Virus record (IMG/VR): IMGVR_UViG_3300021060_000011
Location: 61,104 to 125,103 of that record
Origin: a virus
Lineage: Duplodnaviria > Caudoviricetes
Strand: one strand, 5' to 3'
DNA length: 64,000 nucleotides
Both the position numbers and the translations under genes were made by a program. Positions 1-8,534 of the stretch are shown here, piece by piece. Positions within the stretch are counted from its first letter, which is position 1. Every line of letters begins with the position of its first letter. The notes under the pieces are model-generated. The model did not search any database. It worked only from the letters and a program-made list of their open reading frames with translations, and was not told where the DNA came from.

Positions 1-336
1 GCGGGGCGGCCGCGCTGGATGGATCTGGCCGAGCGCGTCCAGTCCAAGGGGCGGGCGGCGATCGACCGGCTGATGGGCGACGAGGCGTTTCAGGCCATGT
101 CCACGGACGAGCGCTTCGCTGCCGTCCTGGCGGCGGTCAGCGCCAAGCCGACGGGCAAGCGCAAGGCGAAGCCTAAGGACTGGCTCGACGGGGAGGGGCG
201 GGCCGTCGCGCGCATCGAGCGCGCCGACAACCGGTTCGTCCTGACGATCAATGAGGAATTAGAACCAGAGCTCGGGGACCACCTCATGAGCCGGTTCGCA
301 GAGATCCTTGCCGAGCATCGCGCTCGCAAGGCGTAA
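1..336 (+). CDS. repB: Plasmid partition protein RepB, C-terminal part (starts upstream of window)
   Basis: Open frame with RepB-like C-terminus (F..MSTDERF...), directly upstream of the ctRNA region and repC. Confidence 0.75.
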   Translation, partial: AGRPRWMDLAERVQSKGRAAIDRLMGDEAFQAMSTDERFAAVLAAVSAKPTGKRKAKPKDWLDGEGRAVARIERADNRFVLTINEELEPELGDHLMSRFAEILAEHRARKA

Positions 337-372
337 CCCCGCCCGCAACCCCGAATAGAGGACGACGCACCG

Positions 373-428
373 CAAAAGAAAAAGGCCCCCAAGACGTTTC
401 CGTCCCGGAAGCCTTCTCCGTCTTCAGC
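373..428 (-). ncRNA. repABC counter-transcribed antisense RNA (ctRNA)
   Basis: repB-repC intergenic region; minus-strand promoter TTGACG(463-458)-17bp-GATTCT(440-435), then a hairpin ending in TTTTTCTTTT; canonical repABC layout; ends approximate. Confidence 0.8.
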
Positions 429-520
429 AAACAGAGAATCCCACTTCCGACAGCTCCCGTCAAGAGTCAGGACGCCGTTTTGGCGAACGCCTTCGGCTTG
501 CCCGGTGCCCGACACCGACG

Positions 521-1720
521 ATGAACCTGCACATCACGACGCCCTTCGGGCGGCGTTCGCTGACGGCTGCGCAGATCGATGCGCAGGCGAACGCGGCCGC
601 ATGCCCGCGCGATGCCACGGTCGACAAATGGGCCGTCTTCCGACACATCGCCCAGGCGAAAGACTGGCTCGGCGTATCCGACCGCTCGCTGTCCGTGTTG
701 AACGCGCTCCTCAGCTTCCATCCCGAGACGGCCCTGATGCCGGGAGAGGGCGCTGGCCTTGTCGTCTTCCCCTCGAACACGCAGCTCGCTTTGCGCGCGC
801 ATGGAATGGCAGGGCCGACCCTGCGTCGGCACCTTGCCGCGCTGGTCGAGGCCGGGCTGATCATCCGGCGGGATAGCCCGAACGGCAAACGCTACGCCCG
901 GAAAGGGCAGGGCGGGGTGGTCGCGCAGGCCTTCGGCTTCGACCTCATCCCGATCGTGGCGCGCGCAGCCGAGTTCGAGGCCCAGGCCGAGCGGATCCAG
1001 GCTGAGCGACGCACGCTGCACCTCGCCCGCGAGGCTGTGACGATCCTGCGCCGTGACGCGGCGAAACTCATCCTCGCCGGGATCGAGTCCGGGATCGCGG
1101 CAGATTGGACCGGCTATCGCGCCCGCTACGAGGCGATCCTGGGCGGGCTGACGCGCGCGCCTCGCCTCCTGGAGCTGGAGAGCATCCGCACCGCCCTGAC
1201 GGCCCTGGTGGCCGATGTGAGCAAGTCCCTGACAGTTCGGCACGAAACACGAGAATCGAACGCCAGTGCTGATCGTAGTGAGCAGCACAGTCAGAGTTCA
1301 AAACCAGAGGCCTTAGATTCTGGAATGGCTATCGGGGATAGAGAAGAAGCCGGGGGCAGGGCACGTCCGGAAGGGGGGAGCGGGACGGCGACGACCTACC
1401 CACTCGGGATGGTGCTGAACGCCTGCCCCGACATCGTCGACTACGCCCGCAACGGCATCCGTTCGTGGCGGGACCTTGCCGACGTCGCGGACCTTGTCCG
1501 GGGCATGATGGGCATCAGTCCGAGCGCCTGGCGCGACGCCCAGGACGTCATGGGGCCTGATGCAGCAGCGGCGACGATGGCGGCCATCCTGCAGCGGGCC
1601 GAACACATCAAGAGCCCTGGGGGCTACCTGCGCACGCTGGTGGAGCGGAAGAGGGCAGGGCGGTACAGTCTGGGTCCGGTGCTTCTGGCCCTTACTCGAG
1701 CGCGTGCAGCGGCAGCCTGA
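521..1720 (+). CDS. repC: Replication initiator RepC
   Basis: TTPFGRR N-terminus, L.ALLSFHP, VFPSN.QL..R.HGM...TLRRHLA.LVEAGLI.RRDSPNGKRYARK, IKSPGGYLR. Confidence 0.97.
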   Translation: MNLHITTPFGRRSLTAAQIDAQANAAACPRDATVDKWAVFRHIAQAKDWLGVSDRSLSVLNALLSFHPETALMPGEGAGLVVFPSNTQLALRAHGMAGPTLRRHLAALVEAGLIIRRDSPNGKRYARKGQGGVVAQAFGFDLIPIVARAAEFEAQAERIQAERRTLHLAREAVTILRRDAAKLILAGIESGIAADWTGYRARYEAILGGLTRAPRLLELESIRTALTALVADVSKSLTVRHETRESNASADRSEQHSQSSKPEALDSGMAIGDREEAGGRARPEGGSGTATTYPLGMVLNACPDIVDYARNGIRSWRDLADVADLVRGMMGISPSAWRDAQDVMGPDAAAATMAAILQRAEHIKSPGGYLRTLVERKRAGRYSLGPVLLALTRARAAAA

Positions 1721-1839
1721 GGGCCCGGGCCCAGCGCGCCGCAGATGTGGTGTGGAATGGGGGCTGAGGCTTCGCTGCGATGCAAATCTGCTTAGCCGCA
1801 GGGCGGAGGAGAGACCCGCCAAACTGAGGAGGGAAGGCG

Positions 1840-2316
1840 ATGCAGACCTTTGCGGAAATTTGGGAGCGGGACGGTCGGTGGCTGTTAGGCCCCGGCTTGC
1901 TCGGCGACGTGATCGAGCACCTTCGCGGGCGAGCCCCGATTGTCGTGGCGAGCGAGCAGGACCCCTCAACCGCGAACATGACGCTCCCCCTGCCCAACGT
2001 GCGGGACGAAGCGAGCGGGGACCCGCGGAGCATCTATTTCGCGGTCCCGCCCGAGCTGAGAGACCTCTTTGCGGAGCGGTGCAGCCTCATCGTTCGCGAC
2101 TGGTACGGACCCGAGGTGGATCGCGCGCTCGGGCAGTACGTCGGCAGGCATCAGATGAGACAACACACGCTCGACAGGATCAACGGCGAACTGCGGAACA
2201 TCGAGCGAGCCCGCGAGGCACGGGGCGAGGACGCCGAGCTTTGGCAGCTTGCCGCCACCCGTTTCGGTTTCAGCCGTTGGGCGCTGCCGAAGCCGGCCGG
2301 CTTGGCCGCCGAGTAG
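1840..2316 (+). CDS. Hypothetical protein
   Basis: 158 aa ORF with GGAAGG RBS and protein-like composition. Confidence 0.6.
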   Translation: MQTFAEIWERDGRWLLGPGLLGDVIEHLRGRAPIVVASEQDPSTANMTLPLPNVRDEASGDPRSIYFAVPPELRDLFAERCSLIVRDWYGPEVDRALGQYVGRHQMRQHTLDRINGELRNIERAREARGEDAELWQLAATRFGFSRWALPKPAGLAAE

Positions 2317-2342
2317 GGCGGAGGGGAAAGGAGCCGAACCAA

Positions 2343-2612
2343 ATGAGCAGATACACGTTCGCCGGCGCCACGCTCAGCATCGCAGGGCAGGCGGTCACAG
2401 TCCGGGGCTTCCTCGTGGAGCCGCTTCCCGATCTGGCAACGGCATCGCTTGCCGAGCTGCGCGAGGCGGAATGGTCGGGCCGTGAGCCGTGCAAGGCTAC
2501 GGATGGGGCATGGCACGTCTGCCAATGCTGCGGCGCGGCCAAGATCGACGGCGAGGGCCACAAGCCCGGTTGTGCGATGGCAGCGGCCATCCTGGCGCGG
2601 ATACCGGAATAG
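2343..2612 (+). CDS. Hypothetical protein with Cys/His cluster (CQCC...H..GC)
   Basis: AGGAG RBS before ATG 2343, in frame with ORF 1560..2612. Confidence 0.55.
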   Translation: MSRYTFAGATLSIAGQAVTVRGFLVEPLPDLATASLAELREAEWSGREPCKATDGAWHVCQCCGAAKIDGEGHKPGCAMAAAILARIPE

Positions 2613-2674
2613 GGCGGAGGCGACCTCCGCCACGCTGAGCTTGGCGCTGCCGGCCCCTGCCCTATCTGGCTGGC

Positions 2675-2941
2675 ATGGCCAACGCACCTCAGACCACCGG
2701 CGAGCTGTTCAAGGCGAAGGCCGTGACCGACGTAGATATCGCGGCCGCGGTGGACGCCTTCATCGCCGATCCGAGCACCTCGGCGTTCCTGTTCGGCGAG
2801 GGCTATCGGATCGACCTCGCCGAGGCTGTGCGCGCGCACGAGTGGGCCTCGGTGACGACCGCCAACAAGGATGCGACGGACCACCTGAAGCGCGCCGCCG
2901 TGCGCACCGCGATCCTCCTCGCCCGGCCGGAGAAGGTGTGA
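2675..2941 (+). CDS. Hypothetical protein
   Basis: 88 aa ORF with typical codon usage. Confidence 0.6.
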   Translation: MANAPQTTGELFKAKAVTDVDIAAAVDAFIADPSTSAFLFGEGYRIDLAEAVRAHEWASVTTANKDATDHLKRAAVRTAILLARPEKV

Positions 2942-3099
2942 TCCCGAATCGGGAGGCGCGCGCGTCCGCTCCCTTGAGCTGACGATAACCCGCCGGCCGC
3001 ATCCTGCCGTCGAGCCAAGTTGCATACCGGCTCGAGCGTGAGATGGGCGTCCCACCCCGCCGGCCCGTGATCAGATCGGGCGGCGGGGTCGTTAGTGCC

Positions 3100-3555
3100 T
3101 CACCTGACCAGCCCGGTACGGGCAATGTGCCAGCGGATCGAGAACCGGACCACACCCCAAATTTCAGCGTCCGCACCCTCGGCAACGCTGAAGGCTGGGA
3201 GGTCGGGGTTCTCGAATGCCAACCAGGTGACGTTGCCCTCGATGCGCAGGCGCTTGATCGACATCTCACCGTCGATCGCAGCCACCACCACGCTGCCGTT
3301 GCCAGGCTTCATGCTGCGATCCACCACCGCGAGATCACGGTCGAAGATGCCGGCCGCCCGCATGGAGTCGCCCGAGATGTTCCAGGCGAAGGTCGCGGGC
3401 GGGTTCGGAGCGAGCCAGCGCGGCAGCTCCAGCGCACCCTCGAGGAAGTCGTCGGCCGGTGATGGGAAGCCGGCGCAGAGCGCCTGTCCCATGATCGGAA
3501 TCCGGACGAGGTTGTCCCCATCCCTCACAAGCTCCGCGACCTGAAAAAGGCCCAC
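3100..3555 (-). CDS. umuD: UmuD-like S24 peptidase (no umuC partner in window)
   Basis: AGFPSPA.D cleavage motif, GDSM catalytic Ser, IKRL catalytic Lys, WGVV C-terminus. Confidence 0.9.
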   Translation of the reverse strand: MGLFQVAELVRDGDNLVRIPIMGQALCAGFPSPADDFLEGALELPRWLAPNPPATFAWNISGDSMRAAGIFDRDLAVVDRSMKPGNGSVVVAAIDGEMSIKRLRIEGNVTWLAFENPDLPAFSVAEGADAEIWGVVRFSIRWHIARTGLVR

Positions 3556-3575
3556 CGCTGCATCCTTCCGTGATA

Positions 3576-3590
3576 GAACAGAAAGGGAAC
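3576..3590 (-). promoter_or_regulatory. Alphaproteobacterial LexA (SOS) box upstream of umuD
   Basis: GTTC-CCTTTCT-GTTC on the minus strand = GTTC-N7-GTTC. Confidence 0.85.
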
Positions 3591-3684
3591 AAGCGCGCGA
3601 ACGGTTCCACGGTCAAGCTCGTGGATGCCGCTTGTGGATAGCGGGGATGGCGCCTTCCGGCGCCTTGGGGTGGAGTGTGATCCG

Positions 3685-3939
3685 ATGGCGATGAAAACGA
3701 CGTTCCTGGTCCAGACCTTCACCATCAAGCGCAAGCGCCTGATCCCGGGCGACCGCGAGGTGGCGGTGACCGAGCACGGGGCTCTGAAGAAGGCGGAGGC
3801 CATGGCCGGCCGGCTGCCCGGTACGGCCGCGATCAAGGTCGTGGCCGACGACGAAACGGGCGAGCTGGAGGCGGCCACGATCCTCGGCCAGTTCGGGGAA
3901 ATCCCGGAGGACTTCGCCGAGAGCCTGCAGGGGGCCTGA
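3685..3939 (+). CDS. Hypothetical protein, divergent from umuD
   Basis: GGAG RBS; MAMKTTFLVQTF...; 84 aa. Confidence 0.65.
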   Translation: MAMKTTFLVQTFTIKRKRLIPGDREVAVTEHGALKKAEAMAGRLPGTAAIKVVADDETGELEAATILGQFGEIPEDFAESLQGA

Positions 3940-3942
3940 AAC

Positions 3943-3977
3943 GCAAAAAGCGCCCCAGAGCCGAAGCTCCGGGGCGC
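3943..3977 (-). terminator. Rho-independent terminator ending the late/lysis operon
   Basis: GCGCCCCGGAGC-TTCG-GCTCTGGGGCGC followed by TTTTT on the minus strand. Confidence 0.8.
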
Positions 3978-3985
3978 GGATGGTC

Positions 3986-4366
3986 TCAGGTCTTCACGTG
4001 GACGCCGAAGATGCTGAGGAAGGTGCCGCCGAACGCAGCGACCACCCCGACCAGGGCGCCCCAGAGCTTCTTCTCGACCGTGGATACGCGCCCCTCGAGC
4101 GCCGCGATCCGCTCGTGGATCGCCTTGTTGTCCTTCTCGATCTCGCTGCGCGGAACGAACGCGCTGATCGCCTGCATGACGTTGCCGTGCCGGTGATCGG
4201 CCGCCTTCTGGGCGTTCTCGTCCGCCTTCACGAGGGCAACCTGGCGCTCCTCAATGCGGGCGAGCTGCGCGACGGTGTCGCCGCGCATCTTCTCGATCGA
4301 CAGGAGGATGCCGAGGGCATCGGGGACCGAGCCCTGCGGCGCGACCTGAATCGTGGTTTCAGCCAT
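3986..4366 (-). CDS. Lysis-region coiled-coil protein with C-terminal TM helix (holin/antiholin-like)
   Basis: Coiled coil plus LWGALVGVVAAFGGTFLSIFGV; last gene of the lysis cassette. Confidence 0.55.
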   Translation of the reverse strand: MAETTIQVAPQGSVPDALGILLSIEKMRGDTVAQLARIEERQVALVKADENAQKAADHRHGNVMQAISAFVPRSEIEKDNKAIHERIAALEGRVSTVEKKLWGALVGVVAAFGGTFLSIFGVHVKT

Positions 4367-4450
4367 TACTTTCGCCCCCAGCGGGCCATGGTGGCGCGCC
4401 GGGGAGGGGGCGCGCGAGTTCAGCCCCTCCCCCGTTGGCGGGGGAGGGTA

Positions 4451-4765
4451 TCAGCGGGCGAGGTCGCGCCGGACGGCGTCGATCCAGGCCACGGCGCGCG
4501 CGCCGCAAGCCGTCTTCGCCCGGTCCAGCACCTTTGCCGCCCCGATGATCCGTACGATGTCGGCGCGGGTCAGGGCGCGGTCAGGGATCTCCGGGAAGGC
4601 CTGGCGCAAGCACGGCCCGACGTCGGCCGGCGCCTCCGGCAGGGTGACGCGGATGCCGGGTGCGCGCGGATCGATCGCCGGCACGCCGTCAGAGGTCACG
4701 CAGGCGGCGAGACAGGTCCCGAGGAAGGCACACGCGATTGCGGTGCGGATCGGCGCGAAGCGCAT
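4451..4765 (-). CDS. Outer-membrane spanin (Rz1-like lipoprotein)
   Basis: Lipobox LAAC, Pro-rich, two further Cys; overlaps the 3' end of the i-spanin. Confidence 0.75.
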   Translation of the reverse strand: MRFAPIRTAIACAFLGTCLAACVTSDGVPAIDPRAPGIRVTLPEAPADVGPCLRQAFPEIPDRALTRADIVRIIGAAKVLDRAKTACGARAVAWIDAVRRDLAR

Positions 4766-5129
4766 CGTTGAGGTCCTTCAGCTTCTGGGCATCGGCTTGG
4801 GCCGCAGCCACGTCGCGCACGGCCTGCACGGCGATCCGGTCGGTGATCTGCCGCGCGACCGCCGTGCGCGTCTGCTCGGCCGCTAAAGCGCGGGCCGCGT
4901 CGCGCGCGAAGGCATCGTGAGCGCCCTTGGCGGTGCCGGCCTGATAGATCGCGGCGCCGGCGATGAGGATGACGCCCACGGCGACGAGGGGGCGCTTGAG
5001 GAAGCCCGGCAGCCAGGAGAGGCCAACGAGGGCCAGGACGAGCGCCGCGACACCGCCGAGGCCAGCCACCGCCGCCAGCGGGGAGAACGCCGTCCAGGCG
5101 TTCTGGAGGAGGGCGAGGGCGGCGATCAC
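4689..5129 (-). CDS. Inner-membrane spanin (Rz-like)
   Basis: N-terminal TM helices, Ala-rich coiled coil, C-terminal Cys; GTGA coupling to the endolysin stop. Confidence 0.7.
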   Translation of the reverse strand: MIAALALLQNAWTAFSPLAAVAGLGGVAALVLALVGLSWLPGFLKRPLVAVGVILIAGAAIYQAGTAKGAHDAFARDAARALAAEQTRTAVARQITDRIAVQAVRDVAAAQADAQKLKDLNDALRADPHRNRVCLPRDLSRRLRDL

Positions 5130-5632
5130 CGCTTCAGGCCTTCCAGGCACAATGCCGTCTCACGGGCGCGACGGTTGGTGAGACCCGTCACGGGCCGGAG
5201 CACGCCGTTGACCTTGGCCTTGTTCCAGGCGCCCATGGCCCGGCAGGCGTCGGCGAAGCTGCCCGCGTTGTAGAGCCGGGCGGTGGTGGACTTGCAGAAG
5301 CCGGCCGAGCCGATGTTGTAGGAGAGGCCCACGAACGCCACGAGGGTCTTGTCGGACATGGGCTGCTTGATGCAGGCTTCGACCTTGCCCGAGAACTCGT
5401 CGAGGCGGCGCAGGAGCTTGGCGTCGCACTCAGCCTTGGTGAAGGTCTGCCCCATCTTTGCGCCCTGGGTCTCCCCGTAACAATCCGTCGGGATTCCCGC
5501 GATGTCGCGGTAGGTCTTCAGGCGAAGGCCTTCCTCGGCGCCGGTGTGGTTGACGGCCATGGTGCCGGCAGCCGTCGCGAGGAGCACGACGACGCCGAAC
5601 AGGCTGGTCTTCTTGGTGACGAGGCGGCTCAC
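5126..5632 (-). CDS. GH24 lysozyme endolysin, probably SAR type
   Basis: EG.....Y.D..GIPT.CYG.T catalytic triad, SYNIG...FC.ST, GL..RR..E..LCL; hydrophobic N-terminal segment. Confidence 0.93.
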   Translation of the reverse strand: MSRLVTKKTSLFGVVVLLATAAGTMAVNHTGAEEGLRLKTYRDIAGIPTDCYGETQGAKMGQTFTKAECDAKLLRRLDEFSGKVEACIKQPMSDKTLVAFVGLSYNIGSAGFCKSTTARLYNAGSFADACRAMGAWNKAKVNGVLRPVTGLTNRRARETALCLEGLKR

Positions 5633-5940
5633 GACGCGGCCTCCGGCGTCACAGCCTGCTGGGCGAACAGCCGGGCCACGGCCGCCGCAACGGTCACCAC
5701 GGCGGACAAGGCCGCGAAGGTGCCGGCGGCGATGGGCGGGTTCGAGGTGAACACCGACAGCGCCACCTCGATGCCGGACAGGACGGCGGCGATCAGCGCG
5801 AGGCGGATGCTCCAAGCGTGGCGGAGGAGGGCGCGCCAGTTGTCGTGCAGGCGCAGGCGCGCGGCGGTGACGGCGGCAAGGCGCGCGCCGACGGCCGCTC
5901 GCAGGCGCGCGAAGGCGCCCGCGTCGGGAGACGTGGTCAT
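5629..5940 (-). CDS. Holin
   Basis: NWR..LR.AWS.RL plus two TM helices, ARL..Q; immediately upstream of the endolysin. Confidence 0.75.
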   Translation of the reverse strand: MTTSPDAGAFARLRAAVGARLAAVTAARLRLHDNWRALLRHAWSIRLALIAAVLSGIEVALSVFTSNPPIAAGTFAALSAVVTVAAAVARLFAQQAVTPEAAS

Positions 5941-5962
5941 GGTGGATCTCCAGAGTGGGAGG

Positions 5963-6322
5963 TCAGCCGAGGACGGTGACGCTCACGGTGGCGAGGCCGC
6001 GCTGCGTGATGCCGAGGGCGCGGGCAGCGCCGAGCGACAGGTCGATGAGGCGGTGAAGGCGCGGGTGGGGCCCGCGGTCGTTCACGGTGACGTCGACGTG
6101 CCGGCCGGTGGCGAGGTCGGTGACGCGGACCCGGGTACCGAGTGGCAGGGTCCAGTGCGCGGCGCCGAGCTGGGTGGGCACGAACGGCTTGCCGTCGGCG
6201 CGGCGGGTGCCGCTCTCGTAGCCGTAGAACGAGGCGCGGCCGATCCAGTCGGCGCAGGCGGGCGTGCTCGCGAGCATGGCGCAGGCGAGGGCGGCCCGGA
6301 GCGCGAGGCGCTTCAGGAACAT
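5963..6322 (-). CDS. RlpA-family (DPBB) lytic transglycosylase-like protein with signal peptide
   Basis: G.ASFYG, AAH.TLPLGT.VRVT, V.VNDRGP, R.IDLS..AA..LG. Confidence 0.88.
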   Translation of the reverse strand: MFLKRLALRAALACAMLASTPACADWIGRASFYGYESGTRRADGKPFVPTQLGAAHWTLPLGTRVRVTDLATGRHVDVTVNDRGPHPRLHRLIDLSLGAARALGITQRGLATVSVTVLG

Positions 6323-6337
6323 CGGGACCTCCGGGCA

Positions 6338-6362
6338 TGAAAATGCCGCCCGGAGGCGGCGC
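6338..6362 (-). terminator. Terminator-like hairpin between tail and lysis modules
   Basis: GCCGCC-TCCG-GGCGGC-ATTTTCAT on the minus strand. Confidence 0.6.
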
Positions 6363-6387
6363 GGTCGGCTTGGGAAGGGGAGGGGCT

Positions 6388-7005
6388 TCAGACGGCGGTG
6401 AACGCCGCCAGGGCCTCCGCCCGGGTCTTGATCGTGCCCGCCTCGATGGCGTCGAGGACATCGCCCTCCCGCTCGCGGCAGGCCTGCACGTGCTCGCCGA
6501 CGGCGATCGCCACGATGTGAACCGCTGCGGAGTCGAGGCGCGTCGACTTACCCCCGACGTTGAAGCGGATGGTCATGTCCGGCTTTGCGCCGACGAGGTT
6601 GTAGGCGCCGTTGATCAGGCCCTGGCTCTCGCGGTCGGTGGCGATCTGCATGCCGCCCACCTCGATGCCGGCGACCTCGGCCGCGTAGCGCAGCGAGGAC
6701 ACGTAGTCGGCGAGGCTGGCGAAGGCGTCCGGGTACGGGGCGAGGGCCTCGGCCAGGGCGTCGACGCTCTCGGCACCCGCGGCGTCGCGCGGGTAGGCGC
6801 TGGGCGTCCGGCCGAGATCGGCCTCGAGCCAGTCGCGATAGTCCTTGTCGCCGGCGTTCACGAAGGTGAGGCGGGCGGACGACCAGTACATGCCGTCGGA
6901 CCGCTTCCAGTACCAATCGGCGGGGATGTAGGTGGCCATGGGGCGGGCCGGGGTCTCCTCCCACAGGGGCGGGGAGTCCGGCATCACGGCGGCGGAATCG
7001 GACAT
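6388..7005 (-). CDS. DUF4376-family tail fibre assembly/chaperone
   Basis: RY..EV.GI.V.G..IATDRESQ..I, AV..HVQAC..RE; follows the fibre gene. Confidence 0.8.
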   Translation of the reverse strand: MSDSAAVMPDSPPLWEETPARPMATYIPADWYWKRSDGMYWSSARLTFVNAGDKDYRDWLEADLGRTPSAYPRDAAGAESVDALAEALAPYPDAFASLADYVSSLRYAAEVAGIEVGGMQIATDRESQGLINGAYNLVGAKPDMTIRFNVGGKSTRLDSAAVHIVAIAVGEHVQACREREGDVLDAIEAGTIKTRAEALAAFTAV

Positions 7006-7099
7006 GGGCAGGTGCTCCAGGCATGGTCATGCGCGAGCGGGCCGCGCCCGGCCGGGCACGGCCGCGCAAGCGGCTGGTTCGGAAGGAGGGGAGGGCGGC

Positions 7100-8404
7100 C
7101 TAGTTGTAGGCGTCGGCGACGGTCGAGGTGCCGGCGACGGTGCCGGGGAAGAAGTTCGCGCCCTGGCCGAAGACGTTGATGATGCCGCCGTTGAGGGTCT
7201 GGAACCGCTTGCCCGTCACCGAGCCGCCCTGCACCGACGCGCCACCCGGGCAGAAGATCTTGCCGTTGCCCTGGCTGCGCGCGAACTCGACGCCGATGCT
7301 GAGCGCGCCCACGATGGTGAAGGCGCTGAGCAGCCGGATCTCTCCGCCGATGGAGAAGAAGCAGTACCCGCACGACCGGCTGAGCTTGTTGTTCGGCCCA
7401 ACCGTCACGTTCGCGCCGCCGGCCGCGTTGATGGCCGCCGAGTTGGAGCCGTTAAGGCCTGACAGGGTCATGCTCTCGAGGTAGAGGGTCGAGTTCGAGG
7501 CGGCGGTGACGTTGTGGAAGCTGTCGGCGCTGTTGTTCTGAACCGTGAAGCCCTTCAGGGTCAGGTTCGTGCCGAACGACGAGTGGATGATGCCGGAATT
7601 GCCCGGCGCGCCGTTGCCGGTGACGACGTAGCTGTCCTGGTTGAGCACGTCGCCGACGATGGCCACCGTGCCGAGGCCGCCGAGGAGGGTGGCCTGCGAA
7701 CCGAAGATGCCCTGCGTCAGGGGAGCGTCGTAGATGCCGCCGACCCCGAGGGCGATCGTCAGGGACGACGCGGTGTAGTTCAGGTTCTTGATGCCGTAGG
7801 TGAGCGCGGCGGTGATGGTCTTGAACGCCTGCGCAGCGTTGTTGCCCTCGCCCTTGGTGCTCGGCTTGTCGCTGCCGTCGGTCCGGACCCACAGCACCGG
7901 CCCGTTCACGATCTTCGCGACCTCCGACTGGGCGAAGCCGGACATGCGCATCACGAAGCCGTCGAAGACGCAGTCGAACGGCACGCCCGCCTGAACGTCG
8001 CCCGCCTGGAGCGCGGTGCCGTCGCGCCGCTGCAGGGGCACGCCAGCGATCTGATTGACGACGAGCTGGCACTGGTCGGTGTTGGTGTTGCGCGGGAACA
8101 CCCGGAACGGCAGCCCCCGGAACAGCAGGGTGTGCGGGGTCAGCGGGTTGATCACGATGATGTTCGCGACCGTCGAGGAGTCCTCGTAGGTCGTGAGTTT
8201 GCCCGAGCGGATCGCGCGCAGGAGCTGGCCGAGATCGTCGTTCGAGGGGTTGAGGCCGGCTTCGATGATCGCGTTGACGATCTCACGCTGGGGCGTCTCC
8301 ACGGCCTTCGGCGGGATCTTCGATCCCTGCTGGCCGGCCGCCACGTTCTTGCCGACGTAGGGGGCGTTCGGGTTCGTCGCGCCGGTGGGGGGATTGTAGA
8401 GCAT
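7100..8404 (-). CDS. Tail fibre/spike protein
   Basis: N-terminal GSKIP..AVE.PQREIVN.I..AGL.P...DL.QL..AI anchor; VRTDG.D...G......AFKTI and Gly/Asn-rich beta-helix-like C-terminus. Confidence 0.85.
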   Translation of the reverse strand: MLYNPPTGATNPNAPYVGKNVAAGQQGSKIPPKAVETPQREIVNAIIEAGLNPSNDDLGQLLRAIRSGKLTTYEDSSTVANIIVINPLTPHTLLFRGLPFRVFPRNTNTDQCQLVVNQIAGVPLQRRDGTALQAGDVQAGVPFDCVFDGFVMRMSGFAQSEVAKIVNGPVLWVRTDGSDKPSTKGEGNNAAQAFKTITAALTYGIKNLNYTASSLTIALGVGGIYDAPLTQGIFGSQATLLGGLGTVAIVGDVLNQDSYVVTGNGAPGNSGIIHSSFGTNLTLKGFTVQNNSADSFHNVTAASNSTLYLESMTLSGLNGSNSAAINAAGGANVTVGPNNKLSRSCGYCFFSIGGEIRLLSAFTIVGALSIGVEFARSQGNGKIFCPGGASVQGGSVTGKRFQTLNGGIINVFGQGANFFPGTVAGTSTVADAYN

Positions 8405-8534
8405 GGGGCGTCACGTCCTGGGCGGTAGGCATGCGGACGCGATCCGGCGCGTGGGGGCGGCCGGTCGGGTCGACGCAGGGAGGTCGGGGACTTGCGAAGG
8501 CCCGTGGCGGGCGATCAGACGGTAGGCCGGCGGC

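Noticed and set aside
2970-2995. parS-like palindrome downstream of repC
   Set aside because: Only a partial AGCTGAC half match; no full palindrome
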